Source of the DNA: an uncultured bacterium
GTDB taxonomy: Bacteria; Verrucomicrobiota; Verrucomicrobiia; Verrucomicrobiales; DEV007
Assembly: GCA_963977015.1 (NCBI GenBank)
Contig: CAXBMO010000012.1
Location: 1 to 64,000 of the forward strand
DNA: 64,000 nucleotides
Reading direction: 5' to 3'
Position numbers and translations under genes: made by a program. This document shows, piece after piece, positions 1-9,126 of this stretch. A model generated the notes under the pieces. The model did not search any database. It saw only the letters and a program-made list of their open reading frames with translations, and had not been told where the DNA came from. Numbering within the stretch: position 1 is the stretch's first letter; each line of letters opens with the position of its first letter.

Positions 1-79
1 CTTTGTGAGAAGGCTCATCGCCGCCCTCCCAGTCGACAAAATCACTCGCAGCGCGCTCGACCTCATTTTCAAACACTCC
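1..79. mobile_element. Right-hand part of a MITE-like repeat (copy 1, truncated by window edge)
   Basis: 1..74 matches 585..659 with one indel and one substitution. Ends in TCATTTTCAAACACTCC (reverse complement GGAGTGTTTGAAAATGA), resembling IS5-family terminal repeats. Confidence 0.7.
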
Positions 80-182
80 CTGGGGAAATAGCTGTGGAGC
101 GTTTGAAATGAGGGCGCGTCCCGCTGCTGACGCGGGATCGTGGGGTCGGTGATGTCCCATCGTCACAGCTAGAGCATCGTAC

Positions 183-388
183 CAGCCCAACGGGCTGAGA
201 TATGCTAGCCCAGGGCAAGCGAGGAACGAGCGCCGCCCTGGGATCAGCCGAAGGGGAAAATGGGCCCTGAAAGGGACCGACAACCGGTGTCCCGGCCTTT
301 CAGGCCTCACCCGATTCATCGATCGTTACCCGGCCGCCGGGCGTTCCGCCCTCTGGCCGGGCCTGGCATATCTCAGCCTGTCAGTCTG
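183..388. repeat. REP-like nested palindromic element
   Basis: Outer arms CAGCCCAACGGGCTGAGATATGCTAGCCC (183..211) and GGGCCTGGCATATCTCAGCCTGTCAGTCTG (359..388) are imperfect inverted repeats. Internal hairpins CCCAGGGC...GCCCTGGG and CCTGAAAGG...CCTTTCAGG. Confidence 0.7.
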
Positions 389-474
389 GGGCGGGATCGA
401 CAAGTGGCAAGCCACGCGAAGCCAACCTCCCTACCCAAATCAGCGGTGCTTTAGTTTCGGGACGTTTGGCCTGA

Positions 475-664
475 GGAGCGTCTGAAAATGATGACGGACG
501 CGCAAGTTGTTCCTCTTTGTTGAAGATTGGCTTCGCGTGATCTTGAGATGCGGCGCTTTTCCCGACTGGAAATGCTGTTCGGGGCTTTGTGAGAAGGCTC
601 ATCGCCGCCCTCCCAGTCGACAAAATCACTCGCAGCGCGTCTCGACCTCATTTTTAAACGCGCC
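475..664. mobile_element. 190-bp MITE-like element (copy 2) with 17-bp imperfect terminal inverted repeats
   Basis: Left end GGAGCGTCTGAAAATGA (475..491); right end reverse complement GGCGCGTTTAAAAATGA (648..664). Flanked by CTGA and CTAA. No credible coding capacity. Shares its right part with 1..79. Confidence 0.7.
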
Positions 665-2038
665 CTAAATCCCGAGCATCAACTTGGCCAGCCCAAAGTA
701 GATCAGCAAACCCGTCACATCGACCACGGTCGTGATGATGGGCGATGCGACGACGGCGGGATCGGCATTCACGAGTTTGGCGAGGAGGGGAAGAGAGGCG
801 CCCAGCAGCGTGGAGGTGATGATCTGAAACATGAGCGCCATCCCGACCACGCAGGCGACGAGGAAGAGGTTCACCGTTTCCGGAATGTCGCCGAATTGGA
901 TCACCTGAATTTGCACGAAAATACAGATGCCAACCACGCTGCCAAGCAGGGCGCCGATCCGGATTTCCTTCCAGATCACTTCGAGAAAGTCTTTAGGGTT
1001 GAATTCGCCCAGCGACATCGCGCGAATCACCATCGTCGCGGATTGCGAGCCCGTGTTCCCGCCCGCAGCCACCACCATCGGAATATAGAGGGCGAGAATC
1101 GCCAATTGCCCCAGGACGTGCTCGAAATTGTAAAGCACGAACCCGGACGCGATCGCGAGAAACGCCATCGTGACGACCCAACCCGCGCGGCGCTGAAAGT
1201 GCCCCAAAACGCTGGTTCGGGTGTAGGTCTTGTCGGGCGCGGACGCCTGAATACCCGACAATTTCTCGATGTCCTCAGTCGACTCCTCTTCCAGAATCTC
1301 CATGGCGTCATCGTGGGTAACGACCCCCAATACCTGAAGATCGGGATTTACGACGGGAAGGGCCATCAAATCGTAGCGCATGATCATGCGGGCCGCCTCC
1401 TCCTGGTCCGCGAAGGCATCGATCGACAGCAGATCCTGATCCATCACCTCGCGAATCTCGGTGTCACGGGGATTGAAGGTCAGGTCTCGAAGTCTCAGTT
1501 TGCCGAGGAGTCGATTGCGCTCATCCACCACGTAAATTCGCGATAGCAGCTCGGTCGTCTCCTTGACTTCAGCCAGCTTCTCGATCGCCTCACGCACCGT
1601 CATGTTTTCCGGAAGTGTCGCGATATCGGTGGTCATCCGTCCACCGGCGGACTCTTCTGGAAAGGCGAGCAACTTGCGCGACTTCTGTTTTTTGGAGTCG
1701 GGCAGCAGCGTCACGTAGTCTTCCCGTTCCTCTTCGGGAAGCTCCTGCAAAAGGTCGACCAACTCATCATCGGCAAGGTAACTCAGGGCTTCCTGGCGGT
1801 ATTCCTTGCTCGATTTCTGGAGATGATCCACCGCGTCGATCGCCGGCAAGTGCTCGATCAGGGCGCTGAAAACGCCCGGAGGCATCACCTGCAGAACCTC
1901 GTCCCACCGCTCATCGTCCAACTCGTCGAGCGCTTCTGCCAAATCCGCCGGATGAGCATCGAGAAAGAGCTCGATCAGCTCGTCGTGAGTCCCATTTTGC
2001 AGAGTGGACTCGATCCAAGGCGTTTGCGCAGTTTCCAT
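665..2038 (-). CDS. mgtE: Magnesium transporter MgtE
   Basis: N-terminal HPADLAEAL helical domain, SAGGRMT plus CBS pair, TM motifs GGNTGSQ, PAVVASP and TTVVD. Confidence 0.95.
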   Translation of the reverse strand: METAQTPWIESTLQNGTHDELIELFLDAHPADLAEALDELDDERWDEVLQVMPPGVFSALIEHLPAIDAVDHLQKSSKEYRQEALSYLADDELVDLLQELPEEEREDYVTLLPDSKKQKSRKLLAFPEESAGGRMTTDIATLPENMTVREAIEKLAEVKETTELLSRIYVVDERNRLLGKLRLRDLTFNPRDTEIREVMDQDLLSIDAFADQEEAARMIMRYDLMALPVVNPDLQVLGVVTHDDAMEILEEESTEDIEKLSGIQASAPDKTYTRTSVLGHFQRRAGWVVTMAFLAIASGFVLYNFEHVLGQLAILALYIPMVVAAGGNTGSQSATMVIRAMSLGEFNPKDFLEVIWKEIRIGALLGSVVGICIFVQIQVIQFGDIPETVNLFLVACVVGMALMFQIITSTLLGASLPLLAKLVNADPAVVASPIITTVVDVTGLLIYFGLAKLMLGI

Positions 2039-2106
2039 GCGGGATCAGTAACCAGCGAAACGGCATCCGTAAATCGGGATTTCGCGCTTCCTCAGAGGCT
2101 TCCGGG

Positions 2107-2146
2107 AAAAAATGAAGCGGGAGCAACCCGAAGGTCACTCCCGCTC
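2107..2146 (-). terminator. Rho-independent terminator of the small lipoprotein gene
   Basis: Minus strand GAGCGGGAGTGAC-CTTCGG-GTTGCTCCCGCTTC followed by ATTTTTT; cUUCGg loop; about 30 nt after the stop at 2178. Confidence 0.8.
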
Positions 2147-2177
2147 TGCCGTCCCTTAAGCGGCCTGCCCAAATGGT

Positions 2178-2519
2178 TTAAAAAGAGGTCTCATTGAGAG
2201 GAACCCAGGGGCCAAAGGCTCCACTCGTCGTTCCGGCGAAACCGGAGTTGCTGGCCGGGGTGGCTCCGGGTTGCGTCACCACGTAGACAACGGGTTGCTG
2301 GGTGGCCGTTCCGTATCCTTGGGGAAATTGCATCGAATTGGAGCGAATGGGCTGGCGGTCGTATCCGGACCGGTGATCGTTGTAGGCAGTCACCCCGGCT
2401 TTGACGGCTTTCACCCCTCCGACGACTCGTTGGGCGGTGTCGGTGACGCAGCTCGTGAGACTGCTTCCAAGGAGGGCGACGGTGACTGCGGTGACGATTT
2501 TCAAGGGTGCTTTTCTCAT
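2178..2519 (-). CDS. Small putative lipoprotein
   Basis: From ATG at 2519: MRKAPLKIVTAVTVALLGSSLTSC, a basic N-terminus, hydrophobic stretch and lipobox-like LTSC; followed by a terminator. Confidence 0.65.
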   Translation of the reverse strand: MRKAPLKIVTAVTVALLGSSLTSCVTDTAQRVVGGVKAVKAGVTAYNDHRSGYDRQPIRSNSMQFPQGYGTATQQPVVYVVTQPGATPASNSGFAGTTSGAFGPWVPLNETSF

Positions 2520-2725
2520 GATGATGTGGGTGAAAAGTATTGGTTTGGTTGATTTGGTGGCCTCCGGTTCGGTGCCGTTGAGATTTGCTTTCACCTGGTT
2601 CTTACCGATCCCGATTCGAGGGTTACAAAAAAAGGAACACTTTTTTCAGAAACCTGGATTTGGGGATTCAAAACATCACCTGACAAAGTGAGTTTTGGTA
2701 GCATGTTAGGGCAACCACCATCCCC

Positions 2726-4621
2726 ATGGCCAAGCCACTGTACCTCACCAAAAGCGACTTCAAGAAAGCTCGCGAATGCCCGACCAAACTCTTCTACAAG
2801 AAGAATAAGTATCCGTCTCGCCTGGATCAGGATCCTTATCTCGCGTTTTTGGCTGACGGCGGATTCATGGTCGAAACGATGGCGCGAACGATTTTTCCGG
2901 AGGGACATACGATTGGCGATTGGGGGAATCCCAAAAAGGCTCACAAGGCGACCATCGAGGCGGTATCGGCTGGTGATGGAGTTTGGTTTGAGCCAACCGT
3001 GATCGACGATGCTTATTTGATCCGGATCGACATTCTGAGGCGAGTTGGGAATGTGCTCGAGTTGATCGAAGTCAAATCGACCTCGGTTGAACCGCTCGAC
3101 GACATGACGAGTCCGTTTCGCGGAAAACGCGGCGGCATTACCAGCAAATGGCGTCCCTATATCGAAGACGTCACCTTCCAGGCACTGGTATTGCAGAGCG
3201 CCTTTCCTCACTTAACGGTCAAGCCGATGCTCTGCGTCATCGATAAAACAAAGTCCGCGACCCAAGCCGCCACCTACGATCGATTTTGGATGATCCCGCC
3301 GCCCAAAGGTCAGCCGCGATGGCGGGCCGAGTTCAGATATTTGGGTGACGCCAACGAATTGGAGGAGGAGCACCTCCTCGCGATCGTGGATGTCAGTGAT
3401 GAAGTTGCCGAAGTGCGCGACGAAGTGGACGACGCCCGCAAGGTGTTTGCCAAGTCATTCAAACGGGGCAAAGCCACAAAGATTTCCGTGCCCGTTGGTT
3501 ATGCGTGTAAGAAGTGCGAATACCGATTGAAGGACGAGAAGGCGAAGAAGTCCGGCTTTCAGGAATGCTGGGGCGCCCTCGCCAAGCAGGAGCCCAATAT
3601 CCTGGATCTCTATCGCGTCGATCTGCTCGGCGGCCGCGACCGCGATGTGCCTGCGGAAATGGCCGAAGCTGGCGATGTCCGGTTTGAGGCGATTCCGCCG
3701 GATTCCCAGCGCGAAGGCGTAACCGCGGATCGTCAGCAAATCCAGATTCAATCGACGGCGTCGGACCGCGAATGGGTTGCTCCCGAACTCAAATCCGCCC
3801 TCAAATCCCACGCCTATCCGCTCCACTTCATCGACTTCGAGGGTTCGCGCATCGCGTTGCCCTATCATGTGGGGATGCGTCCCTACGAGCAGGTCGGTTT
3901 TCAGTGGAGCTGTCACACCATTCGCGAGCCGGGCGGTGCGATCGAGCACACCGAGTGGCTCAATTCCGAAGACGTCTTTCCGAATTTCGAGTTCGCCGAG
4001 TCCCTCATGAAGCAGTTGGCCGGGGAGGGCACCGTCTACATTTGGTCGCCGTATGAACTCACCATGTTGCGCGATGTGCGGGAGCAGATGGACAAATACG
4101 GCCACGACAATCCCGAACTCGCGTTCTGGCTCGAGGACTTCGAGGCCGGTCGCGACGAATGGGTCATCGACCTCTGCGCCATGGCGCGAAAATACTACTT
4201 CCATCCGGAAATGAAGGGCAGCGTCTCCATCAAAGCCGTCTTTCCCGCCATCTGGCGCTCCAACCCCAACGTGCGGGAACTGTCCTGCTTTGAGGGCCTG
4301 CGCCACAACAGCGACGATCCCTACAAGGCGCTACCGCCGCTCCCCATCGGCGACGACGAAGAAGTCGTCCGCGAAGGCACCGGCGCCATCCGTGTCTACC
4401 AGGACATGATGTTCGGCCTCGCCGGTCAGGAACCGGCATCGCGCGAAGCCTGCCGCCAACTTCTGCTCCAATACTGCCACCTCGACACCGCCGCCATGGT
4501 CGCGATCTGGTGGCATTGGACCCAGCCCAAACTCGAGCGAAGCTGGATGCGTCGCCTCTTCGGAATGCCGGCCCAACCACGCGAAGCCGACGCGCTGGAT
4601 GATGCCGCGCTGCAGGCGTAG
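2726..4621 (+). CDS. DUF2779-type protein: PD-(D/E)xK nuclease with Cys cluster plus C-terminal RNase H/DnaQ-like domain
   Basis: LTKSDF..ECP start, RIDIL..LIEVKS, CKKC..ECW, FIDFE, FQWSCH, YFHP..GSVSIKAVFP, YCHLDT. Confidence 0.8.
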   Translation: MAKPLYLTKSDFKKARECPTKLFYKKNKYPSRLDQDPYLAFLADGGFMVETMARTIFPEGHTIGDWGNPKKAHKATIEAVSAGDGVWFEPTVIDDAYLIRIDILRRVGNVLELIEVKSTSVEPLDDMTSPFRGKRGGITSKWRPYIEDVTFQALVLQSAFPHLTVKPMLCVIDKTKSATQAATYDRFWMIPPPKGQPRWRAEFRYLGDANELEEEHLLAIVDVSDEVAEVRDEVDDARKVFAKSFKRGKATKISVPVGYACKKCEYRLKDEKAKKSGFQECWGALAKQEPNILDLYRVDLLGGRDRDVPAEMAEAGDVRFEAIPPDSQREGVTADRQQIQIQSTASDREWVAPELKSALKSHAYPLHFIDFEGSRIALPYHVGMRPYEQVGFQWSCHTIREPGGAIEHTEWLNSEDVFPNFEFAESLMKQLAGEGTVYIWSPYELTMLRDVREQMDKYGHDNPELAFWLEDFEAGRDEWVIDLCAMARKYYFHPEMKGSVSIKAVFPAIWRSNPNVRELSCFEGLRHNSDDPYKALPPLPIGDDEEVVREGTGAIRVYQDMMFGLAGQEPASREACRQLLLQYCHLDTAAMVAIWWHWTQPKLERSWMRRLFGMPAQPREADALDDAALQA

Positions 4622-4714
4622 CGCATTCAGAAGCGACGATCTCCCAACGGTCGTAGCGGAATTCGCCAGAATTCCGATCATTGCATTCGTGCCGTTATCG
4701 CAAGAGACTCGCAA

Positions 4715-5560
4715 ATGACGAAACCCCTCTCCATCTCGATAACTCTCTGCCTGACGGCGTTGGTGTCGCAGGCACAGGAGGAGAGACGGCCCGTTGATGC
4801 GATCAAGGATCTTCAGACGCCGGAGGTGACGGACGAGGAACCTGCGGCCGGAAAGCGGGTTCGCCTGCAGCTTCCAAAGTACGAAGGGAGCGGCGTCTAT
4901 CATGCGCTCTATTTGCCGACGGATTGGAAAGAGGGCGAGATCTATCCCGTGATGGTGGAGTTTGCCGGCAACAAGTGGAAAACGGGGCCGGGAACGGTTG
5001 AGGCGAGCAATCTGGGATACGGAATCAGCGGAGGAGAAGGAATGATCTGGGTTTGTGTGCCTTATGTGAATACGCGGGAGATGATCAACCAGGTTACCTG
5101 GTGGGGGGACGTCGACGCGACGGTGGAGTATTGTAAGACGGTGGTGAAGCAGGTGTGTGAGGGTTACGGTGGGGATCCGGACGCGGTCGTGATTGCGGGG
5201 TTTTCGCGGGGCGCGATTGCCTGCAATTATATTGGCTTGCACGATGATGAGATTGCTTCGCTCTGGAAAGGGTTCATCTGCCACAGTCACTATGACGGCG
5301 TGCGCTCGTGGGGATACGCGAAGAGTGACAAGGTGTCTGCCAGGGAGCGTCTTGGTCGTCTACGGGGCCGCCCGCAATATATTAGCCACGAAAACTCCGT
5401 GGAGGCGAGCCGTGGATATTTGGCTGAAGCAATGCCCGATGGGAATTTCACCTTTCAGGCCTTGAAAGGGTGGGGACACACGGACGCCTGGGTGCTCTAC
5501 GATATTCCGGAGCGGAAGGCTTTGCGGAAGTGGCTCAAAACCGTGATCGAAGGACCGTGA
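4715..5560 (+). CDS. Secreted alpha/beta-hydrolase
   Basis: Signal peptide-like N-terminus, LYLPTDW, GFSRGA nucleophile elbow, C-terminal GHTD. Confidence 0.75.
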   Translation: MTKPLSISITLCLTALVSQAQEERRPVDAIKDLQTPEVTDEEPAAGKRVRLQLPKYEGSGVYHALYLPTDWKEGEIYPVMVEFAGNKWKTGPGTVEASNLGYGISGGEGMIWVCVPYVNTREMINQVTWWGDVDATVEYCKTVVKQVCEGYGGDPDAVVIAGFSRGAIACNYIGLHDDEIASLWKGFICHSHYDGVRSWGYAKSDKVSARERLGRLRGRPQYISHENSVEASRGYLAEAMPDGNFTFQALKGWGHTDAWVLYDIPERKALRKWLKTVIEGP

Positions 5561-5570
5561 GAGACGAACG

Positions 5571-6029
5571 ATGACAGCCGAAGATCAAACTCTGTTGGAG
5601 TCGTTCGAGGCTTTGACCATTCCGTTGGAGGAATGGAATCAGCGGACTCATGTTTCGCTGGCCTATCTTTATGTGAAGGAACATGGCTTTGATTGCGGGC
5701 TTGAGAAAATGCGGCGCGGGATTCAGGCCTTCAATGCTCACAACGGGATTCACGAGTCGCCAACCTCCGGCTATAACGAGACGACCACGGTCGCGTTGTT
5801 CCGGATTGTCGATACCGTGATGCGTGCCTATCAGGAAGTGCTTCCGACGGCAAGCGCGGCGGAATTCTGCGATGCCCATCCTCAATTGATGTCGAAGCAC
5901 GTGCTCCGCCTCTTCTACTCTCCCGGCCGGCGCATGGATCCGCGGGCCAAAACGCAATTCCTCGAGCCCGACCTCGCGCCGCTCCCGGTTTTTCGCGAAG
6001 GCGATACGGACGGGAAATCGGAAGGTTAG
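5571..6029 (+). CDS. Conserved hypothetical protein
   Basis: Clean ORF 10 nt after the previous gene, with H..LAY, GYNETTT and FYS..FLEPDL motifs. Confidence 0.7.
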   Translation: MTAEDQTLLESFEALTIPLEEWNQRTHVSLAYLYVKEHGFDCGLEKMRRGIQAFNAHNGIHESPTSGYNETTTVALFRIVDTVMRAYQEVLPTASAAEFCDAHPQLMSKHVLRLFYSPGRRMDPRAKTQFLEPDLAPLPVFREGDTDGKSEG

Positions 6030-6111
6030 CGCATCGGCTCGGAAACAATCGGCGGTTTTCGCGAGACCACTGACTGGCCTTGGGGTGTTGCCTGTTTTAC
6101 CATGATCTCGA

Positions 6112-6441
6112 ATGAAACATTTGCCCGAAATCACGAATCTGTTGGCGAGCCCGGGTGCCGGTCCGGAGACGATTGCGGAATTGGTGCAGGTTGGGGGCGT
6201 CCGGTTGGAGCAGATCATCTCGAACGGGAACGGCTCGGAACCTGACTTTTGGTACGACCAGGAGCAGGATGAGTGGGTCATGCTGGTGCGGGGCGAGGCG
6301 GTCCTGGAATTTGAGGGTGGAGAGATGGTGGAGCTGGCGGCGGGCGATGCACTGACGATTCCGGCCCATGGCAAACATCGGGTGCGGTCGACTTCGCGCG
6401 ATGCAATTTGGCTGGCGCTTCACTATCCGCCGCAAACCTGA
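6112..6441 (+). CDS. Cupin domain protein
   Basis: WYDQEQDEWV..GEA and GDALTIPAHGKHRV cupin motifs. Confidence 0.85.
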   Translation: MKHLPEITNLLASPGAGPETIAELVQVGGVRLEQIISNGNGSEPDFWYDQEQDEWVMLVRGEAVLEFEGGEMVELAAGDALTIPAHGKHRVRSTSRDAIWLALHYPPQT

Positions 6442-6547
6442 TGCGGGAAATGGGCGGCAATCTTGCCATTGCGATATTGACCAGCGACCGGTTCAGGGGA
6501 TTAGGTGTCCAGAATTTTGCCCCAAACGTAAAGTGTCTCACAAGCCC

Positions 6548-7627
6548 ATGATTTTCAGCCTTCGCCTCGGTCTCCTGTTTGCCATCTTTCTCTGCCCCTT
6601 GGCGTCGAACGCGCAGGATCCTCCGCCGAAGGTGAAAAAGGTAAGGGTGAAGACGGTGGAAGGGCTCCGTTTTGATCCGGTTCGGTTTCGGGTGAAGAAG
6701 GGCGAGATGATCGAGCTGAAGCTGGAGAATCACGATCCCAACGATCAGCCCCACAATTTCGTGCTGATCAAGAAGGGGGCGCTTTCCGAGATTCAGGCGG
6801 CGTCGATGGTGGTGGGGCCGGATTCGATGGAGAAGGGGTTCGTGCCGGATAGCGACGCGATTTTGGTGAAGTCGAAACTGCTCAATCCCGAGGAGAAAGA
6901 GACGATCACCTTTCAGGCACCGGAAGAGAAGGGGATTTATCACTACGTTTGCACGTTTCCCGGCCACGCGTTGATCATGTATGGAGCGTTGTATGTGGAC
7001 GAAAGTTACAAGGACGATTTGGCGTATGATCTGAACGTTCCCGAGTTCGTCCGGACGACCGAACTCGACAAGTTGAAGGCGCTGATGGAGGTTGAGCGCC
7101 CTTCGTTTCTTCGGCTGTTCATGCCTGATGCCGGCCCGGCCGCGATCGCCGTGGCGCTTCCCGATGGCCAGAATATTTGTTGGGATGCCGGAAATTGCCG
7201 GCTGCGCTACGCCTGGGCGGGATCCTTCGTTGATGCGAGCCGGATGTGGAAGTCGAACGGCAATGCCCTGGGCAAGCTGCTGGGGAAAAAATACTGGGAA
7301 ACCGGGGGAGGCGAGAAGACGTTTGGTCTCCAGATTGGCGAAGCATCCACCGGGGAAGTTCACTATCGCGGTTACAACCTGATCGCGGGAACGCCGGAGT
7401 TTCACTATGAGGTCGATGGCGCGACCGTTCGCGAACTGATCACGTCAACGGCTGAGGGCCTGACGTGGAGGTTTGAGATCGATTCGCCCAAAGGGGATGT
7501 CCGCGTGTTGGCGCCGGACTCCGATGAGGCGACCGTCAGCAGCCTGGTTGGCGAGCGGGACGGCGATTTCTGGAAGGTCCCGCAAGGGGATGCCTCTGAA
7601 TTTTCACTTCAAATCACCCAAAAATGA
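6548..7627 (+). CDS. Secreted azurin/plastocyanin-family blue copper protein with extra C-terminal domain
   Basis: Signal peptide from ATG 6548; type-1 Cu ligands PHNFV and YVCTFPGHALIM. Confidence 0.85.
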   Translation: MIFSLRLGLLFAIFLCPLASNAQDPPPKVKKVRVKTVEGLRFDPVRFRVKKGEMIELKLENHDPNDQPHNFVLIKKGALSEIQAASMVVGPDSMEKGFVPDSDAILVKSKLLNPEEKETITFQAPEEKGIYHYVCTFPGHALIMYGALYVDESYKDDLAYDLNVPEFVRTTELDKLKALMEVERPSFLRLFMPDAGPAAIAVALPDGQNICWDAGNCRLRYAWAGSFVDASRMWKSNGNALGKLLGKKYWETGGGEKTFGLQIGEASTGEVHYRGYNLIAGTPEFHYEVDGATVRELITSTAEGLTWRFEIDSPKGDVRVLAPDSDEATVSSLVGERDGDFWKVPQGDASEFSLQITQK

Positions 7628-9081
7628 TCGATCGATTTTTCCTTTGTTTTCTCTTGGCCTCTGCCGGATCGGCGTTGGCGGAATCGGCCTACGAGGTCGA
7701 GAAAATCGCGATTGAATCCGGGCTGGATTCCCAGATTGGAGGGATGGATGTGCTGCCCGACGGACGCGTTTTCGTGTGTTTCCACCAGGGGGATGTCCGG
7801 CTGTATGATCCCAAAAAGGAAACGTGGTCGATCTTTGCCAAAGGTTTGCATGAGCCGCTCGGACTCGTTGCGGAATCTCCGGCCTCGGTCGTCGTGATGC
7901 AGCGCCCCGAGCTGACGCGAATCAGCGATACGGACGATGACGGCGTCGCGGATCGTTACGAGGTGATTTACGATGATTTCGGGATGACCGGCAACTATCA
8001 CGAGTTCGCGTTTGGGCCGGTCCGCGATGCGAATGGCGATTGGTTCATTTCGCTGAACGTGGCTTCGAACGGAGCTTCGATTCGCCCGGAAATTCGCGGC
8101 GAGTTCCAGCCGGTGGGGCTTCCGCGCGAGGAATTTTACGGTGATTGGAGCAAGGTGAAGGGTGCGGCCGGTCGGATGTATTCCCGCGCGCCGTATCGCG
8201 GTTGGGTCATCAAGATCGATCACGAAACGGGCGAGGCGACGCCTTGGGCGAGTGGGTTCCGGTCGCCGAACGGGCTGGGTTTTGATGCCGAGGGCAATCT
8301 CTATGTTTCCGACAATCAGGGCGATTGGCTCGGGACGAGCAAGCTGCATCACGTTGCCAAAGGCCGGTTTCACGGGCATCCCGCGAGCTTGCCCTGGACC
8401 GAAGGCTATGACGGTCGCCCGCCGTTGGAGATTCCGGTGGAAGATCTGGAGACGCTGCGGACTCCGGCGGCCGTTTGGTTCACGCAGGGAAGCATGGCGA
8501 ATTCGCCAACCCAGCCGATTCTGATCCCGGAAGGGTTCGGCCCGTTTGCCGGACAAATGTTGATCGGTGAGATGAACCGCTCGCGTATCATTCGCCTGAT
8601 GCTGGAGGAGGTGAACGGGGTGATGCAGGGAGCCTGCGTGCCGTTTCTCGATGAAGGCGGTCTGCCCCGCGGCGTGAACCGGTTGGCGTTCGGTCCCGAC
8701 AGCAGCTTGTGGACGGGACATACGCATCTCTCCTGGGCTGGAGGCGAAGGGATGACCCGAATTCGTTATGACGACAGTGTGCCGGTCAAGGAAGTCCACG
8801 ACGTTTCGATCACCAAGGAAGGTTTCCGCGTGAGTTTCACTCAGCCGGGCATGGAGCTGGGAGACGTCAAACTCAGCGCCTACACCTTCAGGTATCAAAG
8901 CTCGTATGGATCGCCGAAAGTCGATGAGGCTGAGATCGCCTTCGAAGTGAAGCCGGTCTCCGACACCGAAGTCGAATTCATCCTGGCGGAACCGTTGAAG
9001 AAAGATTTCTGCTACGAGTTTCACTTCCCCAGCGCGAGAAACTCGATGGTTTGCTATACCGTTCGCGAAATTCCGGAGTAA
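7624..9081 (+). CDS. Secreted beta-propeller protein, sorbosone/PVC-type dehydrogenase-like
   Basis: Signal peptide; GLHEPLGL, DTDDDGVAD, NYHEFAFG, GFRSPNGLG, DNQGDW; ATGA overlap with the azurin gene. Confidence 0.8.
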   Translation: MIDRFFLCFLLASAGSALAESAYEVEKIAIESGLDSQIGGMDVLPDGRVFVCFHQGDVRLYDPKKETWSIFAKGLHEPLGLVAESPASVVVMQRPELTRISDTDDDGVADRYEVIYDDFGMTGNYHEFAFGPVRDANGDWFISLNVASNGASIRPEIRGEFQPVGLPREEFYGDWSKVKGAAGRMYSRAPYRGWVIKIDHETGEATPWASGFRSPNGLGFDAEGNLYVSDNQGDWLGTSKLHHVAKGRFHGHPASLPWTEGYDGRPPLEIPVEDLETLRTPAAVWFTQGSMANSPTQPILIPEGFGPFAGQMLIGEMNRSRIIRLMLEEVNGVMQGACVPFLDEGGLPRGVNRLAFGPDSSLWTGHTHLSWAGGEGMTRIRYDDSVPVKEVHDVSITKEGFRVSFTQPGMELGDVKLSAYTFRYQSSYGSPKVDEAEIAFEVKPVSDTEVEFILAEPLKKDFCYEFHFPSARNSMVCYTVREIPE

Positions 9082-9126
9082 TTGCCCTCTTGCCAGCCTG
9101 CCAAGGGCTGCTTAGCGTCGGCGTTG

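Noticed and set aside
260-651. Short ORFs within the first intergenic region
   Set aside because: They lie inside the REP-like and MITE repeats and show no transposase or other motifs.
2039-2106. Possible Mg2+ riboswitch upstream of mgtE
   Set aside because: Only about 70 nt lie between the upstream terminator and the ATG; no M-box-sized structure is visible.
2726-4621. CRISPR-associated cas4
   Set aside because: No cas1/cas2 or repeat-spacer array in the window, and the protein is much longer with a DUF2779-type C-terminus.
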